A stretch of 64,000 nucleotides of DNA from Tubiluchus corallicola (lineage: Eukaryota; Animalia; Priapulida), in NCBI GenBank assembly GCA_030141605.1, contig JAQGDQ010000051.1, forward strand, positions 496,001-560,000, read 5' to 3'. Below are positions 14,165-27,084 of this stretch, one piece after another. Within the stretch, counting starts at the first letter, position 1, and each line of letters begins with the position of its first letter. The position numbers and the translations under genes were made by a program. The notes beneath the pieces were generated by a model. That model did not search any database. It worked only from the letters and a program-made list of their open reading frames with translations, and was not told where the DNA came from.

Positions 14165-14277
14165 CTTGAAGATATTGCACTGCAGATTACTAGACCAGGA
14201 GAAGAATATGGTCAATATCTAGACCTTGAATCAAGTTTTGATGAACAGGATGATGACTTGGAAGATTTCGAAGAGAA
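14165..14277 (+). CDS. FHOD: FHOD coding exon 2
   Basis: Acceptor TTTTTCAG; LEDIALQITRPGEEYGQYLDLESSFDEQDDDLEDFEE; donor GTAAAT; phase 0/2. Confidence 0.9.
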
Positions 14278-15339
14278 GTAAATTACATTTACAATCATTA
14301 ATTACTTTTATTAACCATATGCATAGAAATTCAGACGTGCTATGTGCCTCTTTATCTGGACTAAAACGTATCCAGACCACAAAATCTCCAAGAATCTAAT
14401 TATGTTAAAATATAATTGTAAATGATGCTAAAAAATTTAAAAATTAATATTTATTTTTAATATCTTTATTATAATTTTTACAATAAAATGGTTCTACAAT
14501 GACGAGACACTTTCATATTGACATTATCTTTCATCTGTCTGTAGTAATTTTTACAGATAAGATTTTTATCTGCAAGTACTGGTAGCTCGTTTTGTGGTTT
14601 AGTATGAAATGAGTAACTGTCCCTGAAAGGTGCTCAATGTTCGTTGCACTGTATAAATTTCTTCTGTGTAACTAAAGCAAATTACAGCAATACATGATAT
14701 TTTCATTGTAAGTCATTTTCCATTACCATACAAAATGACATAAAATTGTAAGCACAAAACTTTGGTAATTTTCCTTTAGCATTTAGTAAATTTTTAAATA
14801 AATTTTAATGAAAATCACTAAATATTAGTCCAACCTCTCATCAAGTTAATCATATTTCCTCGACCTTTGTATCACTAAGTTTATTATTAACAAGTCCAAA
14901 GCTTCACTGTAGGAGCTTATTGCTCGGCATATGGCAAACAGTTAAATTTCATTCACAGGTTAGACAAATGTGGTAAACCATACGTTTTCCCGGCAGCTTT
15001 GACTCTACACAGAATGTATCATACTCTGCATACATCAACAATATTGCAAATGACAGTCTTTGCCCTACCAAAAGTTGCACCTGTTACTGATGGAAGTTGA
15101 CATTACCAGCCAGTCAAAGTGCTTTAATGAATCTAGTCTACTAACATCACAAGCTACATTTACACCAAGCTAACTACTGTTGGATCCAAAAACACTTCTA
15201 CATTGTTACCAACATTCATCCACTGATTTTGTTAACATGGCTGCTTTTAACATCCATACGTCACCAACTGTCTACCTGAAGTAACTTTTCGGGTCACCTG
15301 TTCTGGCTTCCACTCACTCTGGATGTCGCTCTAGGTGAT

Positions 15340-15850
15340 AAGTTGAACTTTGAGGCCCATAGTTTGGAAATTAGGCAGAAAACATTGCATAAATGGATAA
15401 AGATGAAGAATTTGTTTCTTAAGTACAAAAAGCTTAAAATGGAAATAGTCATAAGTTTGTTTAAAGGTGTTGTTTTGCCTACATTACTGTATGCAGCCGC
15501 AGCATACAGAGAAACTAATAACCACATTTGATGATCTTGTTTATAACGTCCTCAAAACTGCAGTGGGAGTGAGGTATAATCCACCCAAAAAGAACTTGAA
15601 TTATTGTGTGGCTTACTACCATTAGACATACTTATAGCAACAGTTAATAAATTCTTAATAAAAGCCTTAAATCAACCAGACCAGGATCTTGTTAGGCGAA
15701 AAATAGAGTCAGTTGATGATAATCTCAGTCAAAGCCATACATGTGAGGATTAGTAGAAGACGATAAATGTCTGTGCTCTAACGTTCAAGCACTGGAACAT
15801 CTGATTCTCAATTGTCCTGTATTAGATTACAAACTTAGAACATCATTACA
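15340..15850 (+). mobile_element. Non-LTR retrotransposon post-RT fragment
   Basis: LFKGVVLPTLLYAAAAY followed by LELLCGLLPLDI, similar to LINE ORF2 C-terminal motifs; disrupted. Confidence 0.45.
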
Positions 15851-16187
15851 AACTAAAATCGGTGGCAGATATTTAAAAAAACATTTACAGAAAACGTGAT
15901 GAAAATATATTGAAAATTCATATAGAAATAGTAAACGAATTAAGCAGAATGAATTTGATAAGTAATTAAAATCGGTTATTGGTGTCAAACTCTTTGTATT
16001 GATCTGTGTAAATTCCTCATATAGTTACTGCTAATAACAACAATGACATAGTTCGGCAAACTGTATACATTTGTAGTGAATAAACAGTAGTAATATATAG
16101 TGGTAATAATTTGAGCGTAAGTCGGTACATGTAACATGTAAAGCCCTAAACTATCGTGTGAGTAATTAGTGTTCATCATGGTAGCAT

Positions 16188-16258
16188 AGATATGTAATTA
16201 ATATTATTTTGGTTATATATATATATATATATATATCCAAAATAATATTAATTACATA

Positions 16259-16318
<60 letters not shown>
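16188..16318. repeat. AT-rich palindrome with a (TA)n core, followed by a (TC)n(TA)n microsatellite
   Basis: AGATATGTAATTAATATTATTTTGG-(TA)n-CCAAAATAATATTAATTACATATCT at 16188-16261. Confidence 0.9.
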
Positions 16319-16320
<2 letters not shown>

Positions 16321-18401
16321 ATTTATATGAGCTGGCTAGATTATATTTAAAAGTTAGTTACAGATAAACACATTTATTCGCACACTCATAATTATATAAA
16401 TATACATAAATATGTGAGAATGTAACGAACTTTTAAATATAATCTAGCCAACTCATATCATATTGTAAGTACAATAATAAGTGTTAATTAGGTATAACAA
16501 TTTGTTATACTGTGTAACTTTTGCCCTGCAAATAGAGGGCTTCATTTGGAATGAATTTCTAAATAAAAGATTATAATAATAAAAAAAATTCCACTTACTG
16601 TAAAAGTGCACTGTTAAGGTGTCTCTCGAGTTCAAGGAATGACTAGCTTCTTTTGGGTGATGTCATTTTGCAACTCAAGTAAGTCACTGGAAAATCAATG
16701 CCATCATCAGCTCGCTTATTGCAAGCAAAGTTTTTTGTGTCATCTGGTACATACGATGATCTACCCACGTTTTGCTTTGTGTACTTCTCTTTGGTTGCTT
16801 GTTTCTGCAACACTTGCTTGGCTTCTCTTGCTTCTTGAGCTGCAGCGAACTAATCAGTTGCTTCGGTCATTTGTTCAAATGCCCAATTATTTAGATAAAC
16901 AGTCTCAAACTGTGGCTGCTTCCTCATTTTCAAGCCACTGGCAATGTACCCTATGAGACCTCAAAAAAATAGAAGCCCTTTCCCTCTAATTGGTCATTGG
17001 TCTATAAGCATCATAACTTGGCTTTTAACTGCAAGTATAAATTGCTTTATCTTTTGATAGTCATTAATGTCTCTGATGGATTCTTCCCTACAGCTGTGGC
17101 TGCTTTCCCAGTTAAAACTTCTGACAGGTTCACAACAAAATTACTTTATGGAACTTTATTTGACATCATAACCTTTTCAAAAATTATTGGAGATATTCCG
17201 TTGTCTTTGATTGGTCTTCTTACGAAAGAGACAAATTTTTATAGATCAGTGTTTAGTTTGCTCATTTTCAGTGTTAAGTTCAATTTGTCTTATTTTTAAG
17301 AGACATTCCAGTTGTTCTGGCATCAATTGATGAAAATTTTCTTGAGTAGTAGAAAAAGTATGCAGTGAGGGTGGTGTGAAATCCTAGGTAGTTTTAGGAT
17401 TGGCTGGGGTTGATTTGCCTTTATAGCTTCTTCCTTGGAATCGAGCTCACCGAAATACAGGGATGTTTTTAACATATTCATCCTTGCAATCTAGGATCAC
17501 ACAAAATGGCTATTTTTGCCTCCTCCTCAATTATATTTTCTGTTTTTGTAAGATTTGTTGCACAATTTCAATTTTTTTTCGTTCCTCAGACACATTGCAG
17601 TTTTTGCTTCATCTTGTGTGTTTTACCCAATGGCATTAACTGGTCCCATGCCACTTCATAAAATGGATTTTAATTCATGAAATTTAGTTAGATTGAGTTT
17701 GCAGCAAGTTTCGCTAAAGTGCATTTTATTTCTCCAGCATTCACAGAAGTTTTTCAATTTTCAGTTATAGATTTTTTATTTTATTTAAGTCTCACCTCAT
17801 TTAACATACAAATTAATACATACATTATTAATAAAAACTATATGAGCCACTCATTTAGAGTTATGAAAGACTGTTAAAAACTATACATTCAGTTATACTA
17901 AAACACAGCATTAATACACACATTAACTGTAAAAGAAAAACTATGTGAGTCATCACTAATAATTATGATACACTAGTTGATCCCCTTCGTAATAAAATTT
18001 TGTTACAGACCTTTGCACTTTCATAAACCGTCAAACATGAACCTAGCAGAAAACTCATTTTCTCAATTTTGTTCATTGTACTAAAATGTTGATTTTGTTT
18101 CTAAGTGCACTTATATATAGATCACACTTAATATCTTTGATAAAGTTCACACTGGGTTAAAACGTGCAACTCAGATTCAGTTATTATTAGTATTACAAAG
18201 TAAGCTCAGTATTCCATTAATAGAAGGCGGACGCCATTGCTTTGTACAGCCACTTAGTGGATAGCACTTTTCATGGCAGCATACATTGCTGTGAGACATG
18301 TCTTTTTTAATTATAAACTATAGATATGTGATTGATGTAATTTTTTTTACAAGTTTACTATAAATTTTAAACATTTAATTTGTTGTATTTTTATTTTTCA
18401 G

Positions 18402-18460
18402 TCAGAAGAACGTATTGATTTTGCGCACACAGCTTTCGGTGAAGGTTCATGCTTGCATTG
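18402..18460 (+). CDS. FHOD: FHOD coding exon 3
   Basis: Acceptor TTTTTCAG; QKNVLILRTQLSVKVHACI; donor GTAAGT; phase 2/1. Confidence 0.9.
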
Positions 18461-19575
18461 GTAAGTAAAGTACTTTTGCATTTTTTTAAAAGTTCCCTGG
18501 ATGGTCATACATTGAACAGATGTTCAGTTTGTGAGTGAAATGACTGCTGATGGAATATTTTAGTAATTGAATTTAGTTACTAATTTTGTCATGTCTTCGG
18601 GCAAGTGTTCAAATGTCATAGTAAGATGAAAATGTTGTCTGAGTGAATAGAACTAAAACTGCACGAATTAGTTCAGAGCTTTAGAAATTAAAATTTGTGT
18701 ATCCAAAAGAAAAAATGGCAAATCAACAAAAACTAATTGAACTGAGATAGTATCACTTTACTCTTAGTTTTCCAGTCTCTGCCATTTTCATAGATCTGAA
18801 TCATTTTAAAAGGAATATCTGCAACGTGGAACCATAAATTTTTTTAAGAAGTAAAATAAATTATCACTTTATTGAGTACTGATATAAAGAAAAAATTACT
18901 ACTAACTCGTACTGACTAACAATTTAACAACCATTAGTTTAAAAGTAAACAACAGAATAATTAGGCTACTGTTTACGAAACGATTGCAGAAAGCTTCATT
19001 AAACACTTTTTGATATTGGTGCTAAATTAGGTTTGTCAGATTCAGTCAACTGACTGTAATTTTACTACTTATCTGCAAGAACATGAAGATGAATAATTTT
19101 TCTTCTATCTTTTATTGTGTGAAGATATATTCAACATTTGTAAGTCATTTGACATAAATAAAAGCTCTGACATATTTAATATATCCCCCTCCTCTATTGC
19201 CGACTCTGTTAGTCGCATAGTTTGAACATCATTTTCCCCTGGCAGATTTCTAAGCTTCATGAAAAAAAAACAAAAGCTATACTTATACTTAAATCAAGTG
19301 ATAGAACTAGTGTGAATAACCATGGATCGACATCGTTGCTTCCAGTTTTCTCTAAAATTCTACGGGAAGTGCCTGTAATCAATTAATTTCTTTCTCAAAC
19401 AAACACAATCTTTTATACTATTATCAATTTGGTTTTTGAAGGAATTGCCCTGCCGAGTTATTTTTGATTAATGTCTGCAAAAGATTACTTAAAGCAGTTG
19501 AAAATGATTTGATTATAATCTGATTTGATTAGATTTTAATAAATAATTATACAATCAATTATTTTACTATTACAG

Positions 19576-19643
19576 AAAGGCTGCTCAACTCTACTGGAAA
19601 AGACCTCAGACGAGCACTTTTTTCCTTAAAGCAACTTTTTCAG
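19576..19643 (+). CDS. FHOD: FHOD coding exon 4
   Basis: Acceptor TACAG; ERLLNSTGKDLRRALFSLKQLFQ; donor GTATTT; phase 1/0. Confidence 0.9.
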
Positions 19644-20740
19644 GTATTTCAGATCATAGCTATAGTAGTTTTCTCTAGGTTTTTTTGTAAAATAAATTGG
19701 TGTTAGTCCTGATCTCAAATCTATGTACTTGAATTTTGTTTTGAGCTGGTACAATTAAAAAATTCAAAATTTAAAGGTTTTCCATCTCAATTGTCTTTAC
19801 TATTGTTGTGGATTGATTAAAAATGTCTGTAAAATTGATGAATTTTGGCAATGAAAACATTATTTTTTGACATTTCAAAGGCTTTTTATTTTAGAGGAAA
19901 CACAAACAACATTTTAAGTCTGAGCTTTTGCTTGATGAGAAATTGCAAATATACCTAAAAGATTTAGTAAAAGTACTCGTCTATTGACAGTGTAAAATAT
20001 TTGAAGTCATGTGCCTGTTTCCTAAATTCGTTACGTTGTGGTGTGTATTTTTATTATCATGGTGCCCATTAGCATAGGTACTTTCTGAACCAGATTTCAG
20101 CTCAGGCTGTGCATCTAACATTGTTATTAAAAATCTGTTAGACTGTAGGCATGTTTCTTCTGTTATAAACTAGATGAGTGTGTTGTTTAGTCAGGTAGCA
20201 TCATTCAGGAGTTATCAGACAGATCAAATTTTTGTGGGTAACATACTGAGAGTTGATTCTTGCAATCTGGTACAAATAAAACAGATAAATAAGTGGGTTA
20301 TGTAGTTAAAATTGCTCCATGATAGGTAGGAGTTATTTTTATACTACAAGATAAAGACTGAAAGTTGCAATTAGCTATACATGCATATCATCATGTCAAC
20401 TTGTAGTAGTATTCCACTGACATTATATATCATGGCATACACCAGATTAACATAATAACTAAATATTATACAGCAATGGTATGCCATGAATAAATATTAG
20501 ATTAAAAGTAAAGTCAGAAATATTAGCAAAGAAATCTAATGGTTATAGAGCTGGTTCATGTACATTTACAAATAGATCTTACAATTAGATTTGCAAGTAT
20601 CTGAATGTCGAAATAATTAAATTTCCCCTTTCCAATATTAATTTATAAATTATAATGCCACTGCTAACTATAAATGAAATTGTTGAAGCATGAACATTTC
20701 ACCTGTAGATAATACTTATAGAATCATAGAGTCATTGTTG

Positions 20741-21176
20741 GCATGCTGGTCAACACCTAACATCCCCGACATGCTTACCAACACCTAACATCCTAGCATG
20801 CGTACCAACCCCTAACATCTCTGGCATGCTTACCAACACCTAACATGCCCGGCATGCGTACCAACACCTAACATCCCCGGCATGCTTACCAACACCTAAC
20901 ATCCCTGGCATGCTTACCAACACATGACGTCTCCAGCATGCTTACCAACACTTAACATCCCTGGCATGCTTACCAACACCTAACATCCATATCATGCTTA
21001 CCAACACATGACGTCTCCGGCATGCTTACCAACACCTAACATCTCTGGCATGCTTACCAACACATGACGTCTCCGGCATGCTTACCAACACCTAACATCT
21101 CTGGCATGCTTACCAACACATGACGTCTCCGGCATGCTTGCCAACACCTGACATCCCTGGCATGCTTGCCAACACA
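20741..21176. repeat. 28-bp minisatellite, ~15 copies
   Basis: Unit ACCAACACCTAACATCCCTGGCATGCTT, with a variant ACCAACACATGACGTCTCCGGCATGCTT. Confidence 0.95.
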
Positions 21177-21701
21177 TTTACTGGTTATCATTGGTTATTT
21201 AATTTCTGCCCATTCAAAGCGAGCCCCGTACCTTGATCACTGACAGCCATAGTTTGTTTTTACCTTGAAATTGTTTAGTTCAGTATTAAATTATGCAATC
21301 CGATAGATTCTTATCATCATCTCTTTGCTCTTACACAGAGCTGTCATAGCACCAGCTTGAGAAAATGCCAAAAATTTAAATAAAACCTACTGACTTATAT
21401 TAATGCTTGCCTGCTATCTTTAGGGAGAGAGAAAAGCCTAAATAGTTTGACCTTGACTGCTTTTTGAGTCATTCTGTGCTTTGGCTGGCTCACTTTCGGT
21501 TAGCAACATTGTTACTCATTTCTTCCTATGCAGCATTCAGTTCATTGGTTTTTTGAACACTGAACAACAGCCATATTTGTTAAGGGAACTGATAATTCTA
21601 TTTTTATGGCTCTATAACCATCGTAAGATTGCTTTATAATTTGTTTGCTCTTTGTGTCACTAATTATAATAACTTTTTTATGTTGTGGTTATTTATTGCA
21701 G

Positions 21702-21807
21702 GAAGATAAGGACCTTGTACATGAATTTGTGCAAAATGATGGTTTAGCTTGTCTGATAAAAGTTGGGTCGGAATCAGATCAGAATTATCAGAACTATGTG
21801 CTCCGAG
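21702..21807 (+). CDS. FHOD: FHOD coding exon 5 (FH3)
   Basis: Acceptor TTGCAG; [35 protein letters not shown]; donor GTAGGG; phase 0/1. Confidence 0.92.
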
Positions 21808-22894
21808 GTAGGGTACATTCACTAAAGTCGACTGCTATGCTACTGCATGTTTGTGATCTCATAAATTTTTGTTTAACATCTGTCTTTTTTGTCTCCTTTC
21901 CTGTTCCCCCCTCTCTCTCTCTCTCTCTCTCCCATTCTCTCTATCTCTTTCTCTCTCTTTCTCATGAAACTTTGTGGAGAGGCATGTGACAAGGAAGAAA
22001 AGAAAGAATGTTTACAATTTTGGTACCAAATGATTAACAGTTCTGAAAGAAATTTAATTTAATTTATTAACTATAGGCTTGCATGGGTAAATCCTATGTG
22101 ATATCACAATACTGGGTCCCCTTTTCATTAATAACAGGAAGTCAAGATATTGCGGGGTCTGTGCTTTACTGAGTGCTATTCTAATTTATCACAATTTATT
22201 TATATGACATTGAAATTTTTTATGTCGTTCAATTGAAAAGGTATTTAATTCTGACAGCTAGTAAAGGCTTCTTTCGACAGTAAATTATATTTTGAAAGAA
22301 AGTAGTAATGTGTTCCTGTGTAAATGATAAATTACCACTAATATCTGAATTGACTAAAGACTGCAGCTCTCCAAGAAGCAAAAATTTTATAGTAAATATT
22401 TTGAATAAATTCTGAGACATTTTTATCCTGTCACTTTAGATATTTGGTATGATGTTGCAGCATTAGGCATGCATACTGTAGATAGGATTATAGAAAGAAC
22501 AGAAGAGTGTATTGATATTTAGTGAAAGACAGTGTGAATGCCACATGCTTTAATCTGTCACCGAAACTATTAAAACAGTCTAATTGAATAATGGATGGTG
22601 TCATCTATTCATTAAACTAATAAAATTCGAGAGAGACATTTTCTCGTCTAGATTTGCTAACGTGTAATTCTAAAAGTTTGTGAATGGCTTATCACTTATT
22701 TGCACACTGCTGCGTGTGTTCTCATTGCTATGGTAACTGCCCTAAGCCAAGTTTTTAAATCAAAGCTAGAATATCTCTCATGTCCATTAAATATTAGAGA
22801 TAAACCGTGCTAAGAGAGCCATTTTCAACCTAACACATGTCCTAATACTAGCAAAGAATATAGTTCAGTACATTTTATTTCATTTTATTTTCAG

Positions 22895-22989
22895 CTTTAG
22901 GCCAGGTAATGCTATATGTAGATGGTATGAATGGCGTCATTGATCATAATGAAACTGTACAATGGCTGTACTCACTTTTATCCTCAAAG
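22895..22989 (+). CDS. FHOD: FHOD coding exon 6
   Basis: Acceptor TTTTCAG; [32 protein letters not shown]; donor GTAAGT; phase 1/0. Confidence 0.92.
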
Positions 22990-23789
22990 GTAAGTGAAAT
23001 TGTTTCCTACAGTTTTGGAGCTAATGACACAATTTTTGTTATGGCAGAGGAATGATGGCATTATGATCTTTGGTGAAGGGATCAAGGATATAACAATATC
23101 AAATTTCGGGTAGGTAGGTGGCAGGAGATGTGATAAACGCCATTATAACTCAAGGTAGATAGGTGATTTTGTCATGATATCAGTATCTGACTTTGTTTTT
23201 TCAAGTTTACGGCCGTGAGGAGGAGGAATCTGCAGAATGAGTCGATGAGAATGAGTTCAGTAAATTGCCACTGCCACTGCCAATGCCAGTAGAATCTACT
23301 AATGGTTTCTCATTAATTAACGCGAGTGTTGTTGATGCCTCTGCTTGGAAGACAAAGAATAAAATCATTGCAATATCGATATCAATGTAAGGGGTAGGTA
23401 GGCAGTTGGGCATATGATAACATCTTTATAATGCAAGATAAGTAGGTCCTCCAAATTGGTTGAAAACTTGATATTGTTATATGTGGATTGTCCCTAATGC
23501 CAAAACTTATCTTCTCTATTTCTCTTGTGTTGCCAGTAATGTCCAATTCTTCATTGCTGTTAGACAATTTTTTAAACAGAAGAGATCAGACATATTTTTC
23601 TCAGCTTAGCTAGCTTATCCAGGTCGTGTTCTTTGAAAACCATTGAGTAAGGCTGATAAATTTTGCCATGCCAATGTTTCTTTTGGTCCTTGTTTAGAAA
23701 GGTACAAACCTGTGCTTTATGTAGCTAATACCAGGTTGGTTTATAAATATTACACAAAATTGGCTTCTGTCTTCTCACATAATAATTCT

Positions 23790-24060
23790 TATAATTTAGA
23801 AAAATGTTGAGTCTACAAACTTTCTTGCAAAAGTTGTGACAACGTTTGTTTTGAGGAAACTGCTAAAAATTTAAATGCGCAAATTAGAGAGCATAAAGAA
23901 GACGTACGACAACAAAAACCCACAAGTGGTTCTCCACGCCAGAGAAGCTGACCATAGATTTTTATGGAGCAAAAATTTTATAGCTATCTAAAAACATGAA
24001 AAATATTGTTGAAACTGCCTTGTTTGTAAAACCTTCTTTTCTTCTTCTGTTCCTAAAAAA
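23790..24060 (+). mobile_element. Penelope-like element remnant (GIY-YIG endonuclease)
   Basis: EETAKNLNAQIREHKEDVR at ~23850-23910 resembles the YIGET.R.L..R..EH motif and is preceded by a C..C (SCKSCD). Confidence 0.5.
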
Positions 24061-24089
24061 TCTATTGTGGACATTGAGCCTCTATCCCC

Positions 24090-24420
24090 ACTTTTTCCTG
24101 TTTGCAGCTAAAGTTTTCAACTCCTGTGATGGTACTGTTATTTATGATCTCAGTTATTGTACATTTTCATTAATTCTTGATAAATAAGTTGTTTTTGGTT
24201 TTGCCTGGAGGTCCTTTAGCAGGTTTTAGTGCCTCATTTAATGCTAATCTACTGGTGTTGTTTCTGGCAGTCCCATTAAACGTCCTGCCCTTAGCCTTCA
24301 GATTCTGATTTTAGTGCTCCAAAGTTCCTCGTTGGTTCTTCTATACAGCTGCTCAGTTGAAATGTTACATGGCCAGTTTATTTTAACATTTTTCTTAAAA
24401 CATTCAAATTGGGCTTTAAA
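24090..24420 (-). mobile_element. RTE-like LINE 3' fragment, same family as the Helitron host
   Basis: Collinear with 10590-10651 joined directly to 12043-12280. Confidence 0.7.
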
Positions 24421-25209
24421 TCAGAAACAATGCTGTTCTACTTTATGTCTTTTTGTCAAAATGCATTGTTGTCATAGGCTTTTATATATGATACATTTTT
24501 CTTTATTTTTAGGTTTTTTATAATTAGTGTTTTTATAGTTACTCCCAGTTTTGTTTGATGTTTTTGATTTGTTTTTAAATTGTGTACATTTTTTCTTGAT
24601 GATGATTGCTGGTGTGCAGTAGAAACATCGTTATTTTTTAATAAAAATGATTAAAAGTTCTTTATTTATTGGTATGCTTGGCAATCTCATTTAAGGATTG
24701 TGGCGAAATGATCAGTCAATAGATAAGTGATCATTAGGTTCAGTGTTCTCTCTGGGAAGTTTTATTTGCCATATTGATCTTGTCTGTTTACCTTATTGAG
24801 AGAAGAATGAATTCATGTCCGAATGTATGTCTCTCTACAGCTGCATTGAGTAGATCTTGCCATTGCATTAAAGAGTCCAGCTTATGGTATTCTAAATTGT
24901 ATATAAAAAAAGCAAATCATTCATGGCTATGTTCCATGGCATATGTTGGGTACAAAAGGCATGATTTGTCAAAAGCGAATGTTGTTGGGTTGTGGTTAAA
25001 CAATAATGTTTGTGGTATGCTAACATGCCAATATAAGTAAGGATTCTTAGAATCTTAGAAGAGATGCATCTTAGCAAAATGAGTCTGTAATTAGGTGAGT
25101 CCAAGTATTTTCTTTTATTTTATCTATTTTCTTTATCTAGAATTACATGGAAAGTCTGTTATGCAATAGCTGAAACTAAAAATTGCATATTTTTTCTGTT
25201 TATATATAG

Positions 25210-25321
25210 TACCGACTAGTTGTGAAAACAGCTCTAAAACTTCTTCTTGTATTTCTGGAGTATGCAGAAGTAAATGCCGAATTGTTGATCCAAGCAATCA
25301 ATATTGTGGACCTTGAGAGAG
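25210..25321 (+). CDS. FHOD: FHOD coding exon 7
   Basis: Acceptor TATAG; YRLVVKTALKLLLVFLEYAEVNAELLIQAINIVDLER; donor GTATGA; phase 0/1. Confidence 0.9.
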
Positions 25322-25976
25322 GTATGATGTTTATATTTGTAGAGAGCCATTATAGTGGGTCATTCAAAATTATTCCAGCTACATTTGTGTGGGGGTCTGT
25401 ATGAATTTTAAGATTAGCACAGAAAAATAAATGTTTGCCTCTTACTTTTAATTTGTTTTGGTTTTTTGTGGGAATACCTTGTTCTAATCATGAAAATCAA
25501 AAATATGGCATGTGTGAATAAAGTTGTAACATAACATCATTTTTGGACGTGAAGTTTTAAGTCAACATAGCAAGAATGGGAAGGAAATCAATGTGCTTAT
25601 CTTATTTTGGTGTTAAGCTATAGAATGGCCTTGGCAATAAAATTAAGCAAAGTTAATCCATTAGTGTGAATGTGACACACATTATTAAAAGTTGTGAATG
25701 CGATTTTTATAAAAGTTTATCTGCTATTAATTTTATTAAGAAATGAGCGAGTAATTTTAGTGTAAAATGTATTTTTAATATATAATACAATATTGCAAAA
25801 ACATGCAACATGTACGTGTAATGTAGTATGTAATGTATAATGAAATTTTAGGCGAATAATATTGAACTATCATTATCATTATTATTAAAAGACAAATAAA
25901 ACTTAAAAGGCTGAATCATCTTATAAATTTTTACTTATTTTTGAGAGTGATTTTTACCGTATTTATATTATATATA

Positions 25977-26769
25977 TGTGCTTGCGAACCAAAACCGTCC
26001 ACAAGCTGCATAGGTAAAACTGCGTTATGATGCTTCAAAGTAGAATGCATCAAAAATTTGGTCAAATATCAATTTCTTGTTTTTAAAAAAAACAAGTGCT
26101 ACATATATTCAACTTTTATATTTTGCATCACATTAACTAGAAAATGTTCAAAAACACTAAAAATCTTATTTTTTAACCCCGTACCCACTTTTCTGCTTAA
26201 AAACTTTTATTATGTTTGTTTAAAACTCGTATTTTCAAACTCTGATAGTAGCTCCTGGAAGCTGTCATTTTTACGATATATAGTATATGACGTCATGATC
26301 ATGTGACTGTACTACAGCCGTTGGATTAAAATGATGAATGCTGATTTACTTTGCAAGTGTTTCTTTAGATTATGTTTGAGCACCAACCACAATTGCAACA
26401 GTCATTTTGCTTCGGGTTTTTGCTGTTGCCAAGTGCAGTTCTTCGCCACGGAGAGCCATCTACTGGATTTAAACATAACTTCAGTGTGCTCTTGCAAAGT
26501 CCATAGCAACCAACATCTGTGCGGTTGCTTTGTGTTTTGTAGAAACGCGACAGAAAACATGTCTAACTTTAATAGCGATTTTCTCAAGATTATGTTTTTC
26601 AGTACGCACCGTGCCCTTCGACTTCAACGTGGATTTATCTCAGCTTAGAAATAATAGAGCAATTATCTTTATATAAAAATTATCCACGTGAAATGGAGAT
26701 TCGGGTTATGTGAATACCTAGAAAAGTTTTAATTGCCGACTTTTGGACGATTTTGCTATGCAAGCACAC
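25977..26769 (+). mobile_element. Non-autonomous TIR DNA transposon (MITE), copy A
   Basis: Imperfect ~25-bp terminal inverted repeats (TGTGCTTGCGAACCAAAACCGTCCA ... TGGACGATTTTGCTATGCAAGCACAC); three copies in the window. Confidence 0.8.
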
Positions 26770-26891
26770 GCATGTGCACACGCACGCACGTACACAGAAG
26801 AAATATCTTTTGCAAAGTATCAATATCGTTTACTAAATCAGGTAAAGTTACTTAATGAAATCTCATTAATATCTAAAGTTACTTGTTTTAG

Positions 26892-27084
26892 GTACTAGGC
26901 CATGGAGCAGCATTATGCAGATTCTTGATGATAAGGACACGTTGGATACAGAACTGCTTATTTATGCTTTAACATTGATTAACAAGTGCCTTGCTAGTAT
27001 CCCAGATCAGGATACATTTTATGATATCTGTGATAACCTGGAAGAACAAGGAATGGAACGAATCTCAATACATCACATGTCTAG
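26892..27084 (+). CDS. FHOD: FHOD coding exon 8
   Basis: Acceptor TTTTAG; GTRPWSSIMQILDDKD...DQDTFYDICDNLEEQGMERISIHHMS; donor GTATGT; phase 1/2. Confidence 0.9.

Noticed and set aside
26331-26648. 105-aa ORF duplicated at 52623-52940 as a nested gene
   Set aside because: It lies inside a MITE, has no recognisable domain, and is not preserved in copy B.
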